From Enoplolaimus lenunculus (lineage: Eukaryota): a stretch of DNA of 64,000 nt. A program made the translations under genes and the position numbers. Shown here one piece after another: positions 51,615 to 64,000 of the stretch. The notes below the pieces were generated by a model. That model did no database searches. It was not told the DNA's origin and saw nothing but the letters and a program-made list of their open reading frames with translations. How positions within the stretch are numbered: position 1 is the first letter of the stretch; every line of letters begins with the position of its first letter. Location of the stretch: NCBI GenBank assembly GCA_030248215.1, contig JASANG010002859.1, positions 62,001-126,000 on the forward strand. The letters run 5' to 3'.

Positions 51615-54600
51615 ATGAAACCTGTTACTGTTCGACTAACTTTCGTGCTAAGACGAACTCGTTCGTTTGACACCAGCGTTGACGGGAACAAAACCGAATC
51701 TGCTTTAATGTCTTCTCAAGATGTGCTCGAATATCGAAGGTCTGTACTGGCAAAAGCGGGTTTACCAACTGAGATTGATCGCAAATCTTATTCGGTGAGA
51801 AATTTAGCAACTGTGAACACATTTCTAAAAACAGTTTTTAGTTGATTGAACACAGACCCATAGCCAGCTCACCTCGCAATGGCGGGCTAAAAAGTTTTCA
51901 GAAGGGGCCTTCAAGGGTTTTTAATGACTTGCAAGCAAAGTTGAAAATTTTCTAGGAGTGTCAATGTTTTTCCAGAGGGGCTCAGCCCTCTCTGTCCCCC
52001 CTGGGTACGGGCCCGGTTTAACATATTTAACTAACATTTAGTTTGTAAATCTCAATAATTTTTACTCGTTTTGTAAGTATCAGGAAAGAACCGCAGGAGA
52101 AAAATACTGTAGCAATTAATTTTACAGCAGCCGGAATTGAAACAAAATCAGGTTATACGAAAGCTGTTCAATTTCACCAATTTTAATATTAATTTGCAAA
52201 ATGTCAAAAAAAATTTAAAATTGACGCGTGTACGCCAACAGATAAAAATAATATTGCACTGCAAAAAATGGTGAGTTAAATTGACTCTCTCCGAAATTGA
52301 CTTTTCTGGACTACGCAAACAGAGTCAAATTCCACTCACCCGAGTCGCTCGGTAAGTCGAATTTGAGTCTGGAGGAGTCGAATTTGATACAGTTTGTGTA
52401 GTCCCGAAAAGCCTATTTGGTAGAGAGACAACTTGACTCATCATTTTTTGCAGCGTACCGCAGGGATAAGCCGGGACATTGCAAAAATATTGTTTACTTT
52501 TAAGTAGACGTCCGTGTCATTGAACTAACTATAAATTTTATTATGCAGACCATTCAAGCCGGCAAATCCTTTAGTCAACCGATCACCCGTAAAACGAGCC
52601 ATCCAAACGATACCAATGTTTCACGTCGTTCTAATGATTACACGAAACGTACCCGTTCCACAAGTGATACCCGGTCGATCAAGAACCTCAAATTTTCAGC
52701 TTCACCAGAAACTTGCCAACCGTTTCCAGGTTCCGTCATCCGCGAATTTAATCACTATGGGAACGCCGAAACGGAAGTGAAAACATCACAAGCAACACTG
52801 GTCACTCAAAAACGTTACAGTAACCAAATGACCAGAAATAATCGCAACATAAACGCGAACACGGAAACTATCGCAATACAGCCAACAGCTTCAAAACGTA
52901 CGGCGACAAATATGAAGAAAACGTCAACGGTAGACCAACAACCAATCAAAAATTCGATCAATTTGGAAACGGAAAAACGATTTGATGAGCGAATACCTCA
53001 TGGCGCTATTATTGGTTTCTACAGTAACTCCAACAACGCGCGAAACTTTCAGACAACCAATCAAGCGAGAACAAAAGCACCAAACAATCGACAATATATC
53101 GATTCTGCGAATACGGATGCATCGGATCTATTTGACCAACGAATCGCTCGGTTTCGTGCTCGTTATCCGCTGTTGTATACCAAAAATCCACAAGAAACGA
53201 AACATATTTGTGGTCAGCAAACTAACAGAAGAGCAGATCGCGAATGCAACGATCGTATTAACCGTAGTCTTGGAAGAATGCGTAAAATGATTAGACAAAA
53301 GGTAGGTGGTTACGGCAAGGCTATTAAATGTTTGTACTTAACATAGCAGTAATTGTGATTTCACGTCATGGATGTTTGGGTTTTGGTGCAATATCTAGTA
53401 ACAGTTTGATAGCATCTTTACCAGCGAAGCGAGCTAACGTTTAAACGTAATTTCGTCATTATAGATCATAGCACTGTAGGCAGTTTGTATATATTGTAAG
53501 ACCCGTAAAGCGGTGAAAATTTTACAGCATTGTTGTCCAATGTTACTTTAAGGGGCGTAACAGTAGATTAAGCGTATTCCTAAGCCTAAGCCTAAGCGTT
53601 GGAAGAATGTGTTCTTAAGTCTAAGCCTAAGCCAAAACTTAAGCAAAAAATGTAATCAAGAATCTAAACCAACTCTTTTATGGACCCACCAGAAACCGGG
53701 GCGCCCCTTAAAGTAACATGGGCCGCATTGTTTATAAATTTTAAATTGAAATCAAAAATTGTTCATGACCGACAATTATGGACAACGCTATATAATCCAT
53801 ATGCATCTTTACAATCCAAAAATTTGCGTTCCAAAATCATGTTGGCTACTGGCCTGAATAAAAGGCGAACCATAATAGAGTTCAGTAGACCTGTATCGTG
53901 TGGTTTAAAGACGTTTCGTGGCATACATGATTTTGGAACGCAAATTTTAAATTGAAATCAAAAATTGTTCATGACCGACAATTATGGACAACGCTATATA
54001 ATCCATATGCATCTTTACAATCCAAAAATTTGCGTTCCAAAATCATGTATGCCACGAAACGTCTTTAAACCACACGATACAGGTCTACTGAACTCTATTA
54101 TGGTTCGCCTTTTATTCAGGCCAGTAGCCAACTCACCTTGCTAGAAATGAGGGATAAATCTGTTTCAGAAAGTGCACACAAGGGTCTTCGGTCACTTACA
54201 AGCAAGGTTAAAAATATTCTAGGAGGTGGGCGAAATTTTTTATGGGACTGAACACCGCTGGTCCCTCTCTGGCTACGGACCCCCTGTCGACACTGCAAAA
54301 AATGGTGAGTCAAATTGACTCTCTCTGAAATAGGCTCTACGGGACTACGCAAAACGAGTCAAAATTCGACTCCGCCAGAGTCAAATCCGATTCACTGAGT
54401 TGCACGTTTGACTCTGGTGAAGTCAAATTTGACTCAGTTTGCGTATTCCCGAAACGCCTATTTCGAAGAGATTCAATTTGACTCGCCATTTTTTGCACGG
54501 TATAGGTGTTCCAATAGTGCGCAGGTATGCTCAATCTATAGCTTAAAACAATTATCAACAACAGGTGATAAAGTCGCGTAGCATATCGTTTTAAAAACCG

Positions 54601-57600
54601 AATTTTGTTACAATCGACAGTGTACACTGCAAAAAATGGTGAGTCAAATTGACTCTCTCCGAAATAGGCTTTTCCTGACTACACAAACTGAGTCAAAATT
54701 TAACTCCGCCTGAGTCAAATTCAACTCGAGTTGACTCTGGCGAAGTCGAATTTTGACTCAGTTTGTGTAGTCAGGAAAAGTTATTTCGGAGAGAGTCAAT
54801 TTGACTCACCATTTTTTGCAGTGTACTATATATTATTAAAACCCTAAACGTACGCTTTATAAAGTTTACCCGGAAAACTAAATTTCATACTGCAGTCTGC
54901 AAAAGGCAGGGGGTTTGTTATCTCTAAACGGTTTTGTTTTTACGTAAACTTAGACGCGAATTTTTGACACAGCTTTTATGCGCAAGAACATTTTGCGATA
55001 AAACTATATTTACAGCTAAAACGGAGTGATTTTTCTACTGCATCAAGTATTTAATTTGTGTTTGCGTTTCACTAAACACCCTTTGACTAAACTGCTTTTG
55101 CAATAAGACTGAGCTCAGCTTTGTAGCACATACAGGCAGGTATTTTACCAAGTTTGCTTCAATTATTTTGCGATGATCTTGAAATTTCATATTAGCCGTA
55201 TTCTCAACTGTGTACAGACCCGTAGTCAGCTTCACCTTGCTAGGGGGGCGAAAAAATTTTCTAGGAGGGGCATTCAAGGGCTTTAACAGTTTGCAAGCAA
55301 GGTTAAAAATTTTCTAGGGGGCCAAAATTTTTCCAGCGGGGGGGGGCTGAGCCCGACTGGCCCACTCCCCTTGTTTACGGGACCGACTGTGTACAGCACC
55401 AATTTCTAGTTTAAATAGTTTTTGCAACAATCGATCTGAAAAAGGGGGCAAGAACGAAATTTATATACACAGAGTAGCTGGGTTGTATACATACGAAATA
55501 TTGTGAGCCAAATTTTGGCCCATGCGAAAATCAGGGGCGGAACATTTTTGTGCGAGTCTGAAATAGAGTGAGCTGAAGGTTTAAGCTAAGGTTTTTTGCT
55601 TTGGTTTGGGCTTAGGAACATGCTTATACTACTGTTACGTTCCTGTTTCATACATTGGACTAAAATTTGAATACCACCATGTATTAACTTGCACTGTAAA
55701 TTTCAGTGAGTTGATTTTAACTCAGAATGAGTTGAATCGCTCAGTCTGAGTTAGGACTATCAGAACCCAAAATTTTGAAATGATTCAATTCATTCTGACT
55801 TAATTAATGAACTCACCCAGAGTCAACTCACCTCAAATTGACAATCAACTCAATCCAGAGTCAGTTAATGTTTACTGATTCAGAAATAACTAACTCGCTA
55901 GATGTATTGATTACTCAACTCATTGAAATTTACAGTGTGGCAACAACTAATGAAAAACTGATGTAGACATATATATTCAAAAAGATATATACGAAAAATT
56001 TCTAAATTGTTCCCTAAGCTAATAGGTTCATCATGACTAAATGATACTTTATATAGTGAACAAATAATTAAAAACGTTCGTAATTTATTAAATTTTCACC
56101 ACTAAGTTGCCAAATCCTACGTTTGGTTATGGTCATTTTAAGGCATGCTAAATTATCCAAACTCCTTCAATTTTTGAAAATAAAAGATACCTAAACTACC
56201 GATGTAAACTAAATCGTTATACTCTTTTTTGGTGCATGGGGGTGTATCATTGTAATCCCCATGGACATACATGATTGCGCTAATGGAAAGTGCAGGTATA
56301 ATCTGGATTCAACTTCAAAAGTGTGATATCCGGTACACTGTAAATTCTAATGAGTTTAGTTAATTTCTGAGTTAATAACAACAAACTTCAAATCACAGGG
56401 AGTTGAGTTGATTCTCACTGTGAGTTGAGTTAATTCATGGGAGATGATTAATTAAATCAGAATGAGTTGAATCAACTCAGAACTGTGAGTTCTTGTAGTC
56501 CTAACTCAGAATGAGTGATTTAATTCGTTCTGAGTTTAAATCAGCTCACTGGAATATATACAGTGTATGACTAACTCTCACTAAAGAAATATGCATAAAA
56601 TTAAGTAAAACTGTTGCTGGATTCAGTGTCGGTTTTACTCTTACTGTGGTGCTTGGCAAAGTTTTACTTAATTTTAAGCAAACCCAAATTTCTTAGTTTT
56701 ACATGTACTTAATCAGCAAATGACAGCAGTAGTTTTACTTATTTGAATTATTTTAGCAAAGCTTTATTTAATATTTAGGTTACTTATACGCTTTCAATTT
56801 TAGACCCATTTTATGAACAGTTGCGGAACAGTATTATAAGCATATTCCTAAGCCTAAGCGTAAGCCTAAGCCCAAGCATAAGAATGAGCATATTCCTAAG
56901 CCTAAGCCTAAGCAAACCAAAACAATTAGTCTAAAGCTTAAGCTTACTCTATTGCAGTCCCACAGAAAACATGGGCACAATTTTATAACGCAATTTACTA
57001 TACGGCAATGCTTCTACAGCTCAAATTTGAAACTGTTTAGAAGTCTGTATAAAGTTTTTGCGTCGATGCTTATTGAAACGCCCATCCTCGACAAATGAGT
57101 GACTGCTAACTTTTGAAATGATTAAAGACAAAATATAATTGCAATCTGTTCGATGCGAAAAGCATCTGTAAAAGCTGATTGATCATTCTGACGAGTCCTA
57201 TTTTTTGGGGTTGGAAAAACGATTTAATTGCTTCTAAACAGCAAGGACACCTATGTTATTTGTAGCATTTTTATTTAATATTACATTAATTTGTGTTTGC
57301 GTAGCGATAGATATTTATAATTAATTGTAAACTGCAACACTGAAAATTTCAGTGAGTTGATTTGAACTCAGAATGAGTTGAATCATTCAGTCTGAGTTAG
57401 GACTATGAGAACTCAGAATTTTGAGTTTAATTTAATTCATTCTGAGTTAATTAATCAAGTCACCCAGAGTCAACTCAACTCAGAGTGAGAATCAACTCAA
57501 TTCAGAATGAGGTAATGTTTACTGATATTAATTCAGAAATAACCAACTCGCTAGCTGAATTGATTATTCAACTCATTGGAATTTACAGTGAATGATCTTT

Positions 57601-60600
57601 GTAGTTTTCATTAAAACAATATGCAGAGCGCATAACTAATATTGTGATTTATAATTTATGACTGCTTCAGTCAATAGACGATTTCCGTTCACCATGGCTA
57701 TAGAACTGCTCTGGCTAGCGGCCAGGGTATAACCGGACATCCGTTTCCGTTAAAAATCGGTGTCGTTTTTCGTTTCCGTTATAGAAATAACGGAAATTAG
57801 GTTATTTTTACGTTCAAACTTAGTTATAAATCACGTATATATCTCACAATTTTTTGTTACAGATATACTGCAATTGTTCGAAATGAAATAAGTATTGCAA
57901 AATTCATTCAAAATTTTAAAAAATTTGCGATGCATTCGCCATTTTTTCTTTGAAATGTTTTGAAAGATCGGTGAATTTATCACGCATCGATTATATGCTT
58001 GCAGAAAAATAGAACATTTTTGAAACTTGTATACTTTAATATCACTTTTCCGTTTCCGCTAAAACTCGGTGTTCGTTTCGGTTTCCAGTTATTTTTACTA
58101 TCCGTTTACACCCTGCTAGCGTTTGCTTTTTCAATATATCAACAAACCTTTTCAGTGTAAATTTAAGTGAGTTGATTTTAACTCAGAATGAGTTGAATCG
58201 CCCATTCAGAGTTGGGACTATCAGAACTCAAAACTTGAGTTGATTCATTTCATTCTGAGTTAATTAACCAACTCACTTAGGGTCAACTCAACTCAGAGTG
58301 AGTCAATGTTTACTGATATTAATTCAGAAATACCCAACTCGCTAGCTGAATTGGTTAATCAACTATTTAGAATTTACAGTGATAGATCAACGCAACGCTA
58401 TACAAGCAGAAAAAACACAGGACAAGAAATATACGCAAAGTAGTTGAAAGTTAGCAAATTTCTTGCAAAGCTTAAACTGAGATTGTTGGAAGAAACTAGG
58501 AAGCAGAGAGCGATAATTATGCGTTTTAAGATTTTATGATGATTGCTTTTCACTATTAATGCAGTTTAATGACGTTTATGTCGCTGATTTGCTAGTGCAA
58601 ACTGCATCTGCAATTAATTCCTGTGTTTATACAGGCGATTTAACGGTTAAGGCAATGCAATATATAATGAGTTTTTAAGCTGGCAAGACGTATATCTGTA
58701 ATTCATTAGTATATTTTGGTGAAACTATATTTAGGCTTACCGATAAGGACTAAGGTGTTTGAAAATACACAGACTTAGGCCAAGATTCACGCTTAGGCTT
58801 TAGGTTTAGAAAAAGACTCTAAACTTTTAACTGAGCCAAATCCTACGCTTAGGCCCATGCTTTAACTCTAAATGTGACGGAAAAGTGTATAAATCCAAGG
58901 AAACAAAATAATTTCTTCATAATTTTCAAAAAAATAGTTTTTGCAGGAAGTTAGCTGTGGTAGTCAGGGTTTGCAGGGACAGCCAATTTATACACGAAAA
59001 AGTGCTATTTCACCTAACATTCTTAGCTTTCATGTTTTATAAAATTCATGAGATCAAGATAACATATGGAAAGAATTCGCTCATGCAAGAACAGGGTTAG
59101 AAGGGTTAATATTCCGCTTTGAAATTGCTGTCGCAACGAGAATGACGTACTTCTAACGGCGTTCTTTGACAACGATTTTCCTTCATTCGCTGTTATGTCA
59201 AAATATTATTTGTTTAGATCAAGCGTAAATTGTTGAAATTGACCTTAACGTAATTTTTGAATTGCGGTATAAGCTAAGACCACTATAAGTTCCAATGAGT
59301 TGATTTCAGCTCAGAATCAGTTGAATTCACTCAGAAGTCGGAGCTTTGAATTAGATCTGTCAGAACACATAGTTCTGAATTGATTGAACTCATTCTGAGT
59401 GGACTAACTAGCCGGAATTCAATCAACTCATGGTTAGTTAACGTTTGCTGTTATTAACTCAGACATAAAGGAATCTTAGAAAATTCACACAGTAAATTCC
59501 AAAGAGTTGATTAATCAATTCAGCTAGCGAATTGGTTAATTCTGAATTAATATCAGTATACATTAACTCGTTCTCAGTTGAGTTGATTCTCACTCTGAGT
59601 TGAGTTGTCTCTGGGTGAGTTTGTTAATTAACTCAGAATAAATTGAATGAACTCAGAATTCTGAGTTCTGATAGTCCTAACTCAGACTGAGTGATTCAAG
59701 TAATTCTGAGTCAAAATCAACTCACTGAAATTTACAGTGCACGGTAGTAAACTAAAGTAAGAGAATTCAGAACAAATGGAGTTGTGAAACATTTTTGGCA
59801 AATAAACAAAATTTGTGCTAAACGCAATCTTTGGGAATACTTTTCCCGTTCGTCTACTTGAAACTAAGTGGTGTTTTCTATGACTTAATTGTCGATGACA
59901 TAATAATTATACACTGTAAACTCCAATGAGTTAAATAATCAACTAAGAAGGAAACTTAGTTATTGTGAGCTAATAACAGTAAACTTTAACTCACTCTGAG
60001 TTGATTTGATTCTCACTCCGAATTGAGCTGACTCCGGGTGAGTTGATCAATTAACTCAGATTCAGTTGAATGAACTGACAATTGTGAATGAATTCTGACA
60101 GTCCTGACTCAGACTGAGCGATTCCACCCATTCTGAATTAAAATCAACTCACTGGAACTTACAGTTTACGAGAAATTTAATCAGATGTGTGAATTAAGAT
60201 GTACTTGCAGAGAAAGCGCAAACGAGGGTATGAGGTTATACCTTCGTGAACCAATATCCTAACAAGGGCGACATTGAAACACAATGTGTTGTGTTGTTCC
60301 CTCAAAACATTTGTTTCAGTTAATACCAAGCTTGCCATTTGTCAAGTAACATAAAAAGTTGAAAATATTTTGGCCAATGTTACTTTAAGAGACGTAACAG
60401 TAGATTAAGCGTATTCCTAAAGCCTAAGTCTAAGCCTAAGCGTTGCACAAATGAGTTCCTAAGCCTAAGACTAAGCCTAAGCAAGAAAATGTAATCTAGA
60501 ATCTAAACCTACTCTTTTATAGAACCACCAGAAACCTGGTCGCCGCTTAAAGTAACATCGGCCAATATTTTTGTAATATCATTTCGGCTTTGTGCTTAAT

Positions 60601-63600
60601 TAATAGTTGGTTTATGTGAGACAGCCATCAATATAAATTGAATTCGAGCAAAAATTAATTCTGTTAACAGGGTAATATCGAAAATATTAATGAAGTAAAC
60701 CGTAGAGGCTATATTTTTGAGAGCCTAAAATCTGTAGTATCTCAAACTCGATAACAACCATTTCAAATTCAAAGACAAAAACGAAGCCACTGAAAACATA
60801 AAAGCCCAAATGCCAGTGCCTGTGGTAAGTTTTTTTGTAGCATTTACGGGCTCGTTGCTAAGGGGGGGGCAGGGGGAGCTCAGCCCACCCTGAAAAATTT
60901 TGGACCCCCTAGAAAGTTTTCAACCTCGTTTGTGAAACTCATTTAAAACCCTTGAATGCCCCTCCTAGAAAATTTTGGGCCCCCTAGAAAGTTTTCAACC
61001 TTGCTTGTATTAACTCATTGAAAACCCTTGAATGCCCCTCCTGGAAAACTTTGGGCCCCCTAGAAAGTTTTCAACCTTGCTTGTAACTCATTGAAAACCC
61101 TTGAATTCCCCTCCTGGAAAATTTTTAGCCCCCCTAGCAAGGTGAGCTGGCTACAGGCCTGAGCATTTAATAAAGGAAAAGAATTCTGAAGCACTGACTT
61201 ACTAGAACGCTCCTGTATTGTCTTCAGTAATATGATTGAAATCAGGAGTTCGTTCGGCTTTAGAACGATCAGATTTCCCGACATCTAAAATTATAATTCA
61301 AGGCTTTACATTTTTGGTACCTAAAACCAATCCGCTTGATTTAGTTTGTCAAGGTACCGTTGAACATGGGTCCGTAGCCATAAAGGGCGCCGTGGGGCGC
61401 TCAACACCATCCTGGAAAATTTTTTGGTCCCTTCTAGAAAATTTTCAACCCTGCTTGTAAGTCAACAAATATCCTTGCAAGCTTCTTCTGCAACTTTTGC
61501 AAGCATCCTAGCAATGTGAGCTGAGACAACGTGCCAGGTTGACCAGTGCCGTACAGCTCTACGGGAAGATTTTGGCTGCAGTTTTGGTAAAAACAAATGG
61601 ATTATAAGGAACAGGGCATACGTTTTGAGTTCAACTTGGTTACGATTTCAGCCATCCACGTTTTAATTTTCTACAGAAATACTATACCCACGTCCGAATT
61701 AAAACCTTTACAGATATCTGCTCATTCCGGTGAAAAGTTTGCGTAGCACAAGCGAGTAGACTTGTTGTAAAAATACGCGAAATCCCACTGCTCAAACGGG
61801 CATTTAAAATTCATTTGTGTAGTTTGTGTAAGCGGCATTGTACAAACGACTAATGGAACACAATAAGAATTCTAAACATTTTGCGATAAATCTCTTCTAC
61901 TGAAGACATTTGAACATCTGACGATTGAGAATATTCTTAACACGGCAGCATCACTAAACTCGTTCTTTACTTAAATAAATTTAGACTTTGAAGCGTTTAG
62001 TTTTCATTATAGATTTGGCCCCAATGTAAACGAACAGGGGCGAAACAGTATTATAAGCATATTCGTGAGCCTAAGCCCAAGTCTAAGCCTACGCCTAAGT
62101 CTAAGCCTAAGCCTAAGCCTAAGCCTAAGCAAAAAATTAGTCTAAAGCTTAAACTGCCTCTATTATAGCCCCTACACAAAACGATCCGACCCTGTTTTAC
62201 ACAAGGGTCATAGATTTGGCCAATGTATACGAACGGGGGCGAAACAGTATTATAAGCATATTCCTAAGCCTAAGCCTAAGCTTAAGCGTAAGAATGACTT
62301 TATTCAGCCTAAGCCTATACCCAAGCCAAGCAAAAAAATTAGTCTAAAGCTTACTCTTTTCTAGTCCCACAGAAAAACATTCTACCCCTGATCTTTACAT
62401 GGGCCAAGACTGGACTGGTACGTTGCGTTGCAGTGAGTTTAAAATTTGAAAAACTATTTGCTGTATATTTGTAAAATTTCATTAATTTCTTTGAGAAATG
62501 CGATTTAAGCTGTAATATGACGTTACTGAATTGTCAAGTGCTTCTTTAGTTGGACTGATATTAAGATTTAGCTGTGTTTTAGAACAATAAATTTATAAAC
62601 CACGATCCCAAATTTGACTGCAATCTAAATTGTTTTGCAAACTCTACCGTTTGTTCCAACGCCGCTTATACTCATTGCAGAATAAACGTACACTGTAAAT
62701 TTCAGTGAGTTGATTTTAACCCAGAATGAGTTATATCACTCAATCTGAGCTAGGACTATCAGAACTCAGAATTCTGATTCAATTCAACTCATTCTAAGTT
62801 AATTAATCGACTCAGCCAAAATCAGCTCAACTCAGAGTGAGAATCAACTCAATTCATATTGAGTCAATGCTTAATAATATTTATTCAAAAATAACCAACT
62901 CACTAGTTGAGTTGATTAACGAACTCATTACAATTTACAGTGTATTATTGATTTACGGAATTTCATTAGAAATGCAGACACCTACTGATTCAGTTTGAAC
63001 TGAACTTTGAAAGATTCGGATTCAAAATAGACAACTCGTCTATCTCCCTCTCTTCGAGTCACTGCAGTAATTAATTCGCAGTTGTTATTATACAGCCTAT
63101 CATGTGATATAAAACCTTTACAGACCGTTGTAAAATGAAACCCATTGTAAATTACCTGTATTCCATGAACTAACCGTTGAAACATGTGCCGAAGCCAAGG
63201 ATTGGGGGGGGCGTCTGGAACAGATTATAAATTGTTTATGGTCTTAAGCAACGAATAATTAACATGGTGGGTCTGTGATGAAAATATGATGTACCATTTG
63301 GCACGTGTGGCCAATATATTTTAATATCGGAATATGAAATGCAGGGTACCAAACCAATTTTTAGGTTATGGACTGAGAGGTGATAAGACCGCTCAGTATT
63401 GTTTCTACTAACCAGACACCTGACATTGATAAAACCCGAACAGTGCCGCATTTTAACCATTTTGGTCACTGTGTTTAAGGATACAAAAGATTACAGCTAC
63501 TACGAAACAATCCCATTGGACAATGGCGTGTCGTACCATGGCGAATTTGATTGGTTCAACAACAGCCGTCTCCAAGTAACCGTCGACAAACATACCAATC

Positions 63601-63792
63601 CGTTGCCAGAAATCGAACCACGTTTAATCGATTTAGATAGCGAGCCAATCAGCGAATTAGCTATGTCACCAATTGAAGAAATCGAGTTAGCTAATAATGA
63701 TAAAGCAAACGCGTCAAAATCTGACTACCGCGACTATATTAAACAGCTTTCGCTTACACAAAACGACGGAAAAGTGTCAAAAGTTGTCTCTG
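51615..63792 (+). CDS. Putative orphan multi-exon gene, partial and probably running off the window; candidate exons 51615-51794, 52549-53301, 60738-60824, 63480-63792
   Basis: The 267-aa T/N/S/R-rich ORF is bounded by tgcag| and AAG|gtaggt. The other exons have AG/GT boundaries and join in phase 0. No domain is recognisable, and linking them into one gene is inference. Confidence 0.45.
54625..54823. mobile_element. Palindromic CACTG-ended MITE (family C); other copies at 1441-1665, 5571-5790, 17499-17726, 50220-50372 (partial), 52257-52455, 54291-54500
   Basis: Almost fully palindromic CACTGCAAAAAATGGTGAGTCAAATTGACTCTCTCCGAAATAGGC...GCAGTG; TA on both sides in this copy. Confidence 0.85.
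60848..61160. mobile_element. GC-ended MITE family G with internal ~78-bp tandem repeats; relatives at ~29160-29312, 51855-52015, 54119-54282, 55216-55385, 61368-61535
   Basis: Shared GGGCCCGTAGCC-like ends and cccctagaaaattttcaacc motifs. Confidence 0.6.
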
Positions 63793-64000
63793 GTAAAAGC
63801 TGTTGTGTCGTTATTTTTGAAGGATTTTAGCAGTTTTTGACGAGAGTAAAAATTGTTTTTGTCTTCATATCCTGAGAACTAAGCAATATTTTGTTTGCTA
63901 AAACCATTTTAAGGGTGCATAGTTTCTAACCGTGCGCCATTGGGGGGTCCCTGCAATATTTGTTTGGAGCAGAACGCGTTGTGGTTGTGCGCACAAATCA

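Noticed and set aside
57186..57250. CTGACGAG hammerhead-like core (also at 24313)
   Set aside because: There is no properly paired stem II followed by GAAA.

Overview
AT-rich, repeat-dense animal genomic DNA. TTAGGC telomere-type repeats and T-rich/TTTCAG acceptors point to a nematode (inference). Most ORFs in the supplied track are spurious or are exon fragments. By hand I reconstructed three spliced genes with consistent intron phases: a 10-exon DEG/ENaC/ASIC-family channel (+, 6334-23543, 717 aa), a 12-exon hnRNP L orthologue (+, 31059-40157, 642 aa) and a 3-exon tandem-RWD/RING-H2 protein (-, 44827-42747, 333 aa). A fourth, orphan gene (+, 51615 onward) is tentative. Introns and intergenic DNA hold at least six non-autonomous DNA-transposon families, a nested 3.7-kb hAT-type element and an LTR remnant. 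The most unusual observations are: (1) a TTAA-flanked piggyBac-type MITE carrying a tRNA-Gly-like Pol III promoter, with a shared linker that appears on either side of copies; (2) a GG-ended MITE with 8-bp target duplications whose body is telomeric repeat; (3) an array of co-varying hairpins inside an LTR; (4) loss of conserved acidic TM2 residues in the channel; (5) a candidate truncating exon in hnRNP L. All coordinates were counted by eye and no database searches were run.
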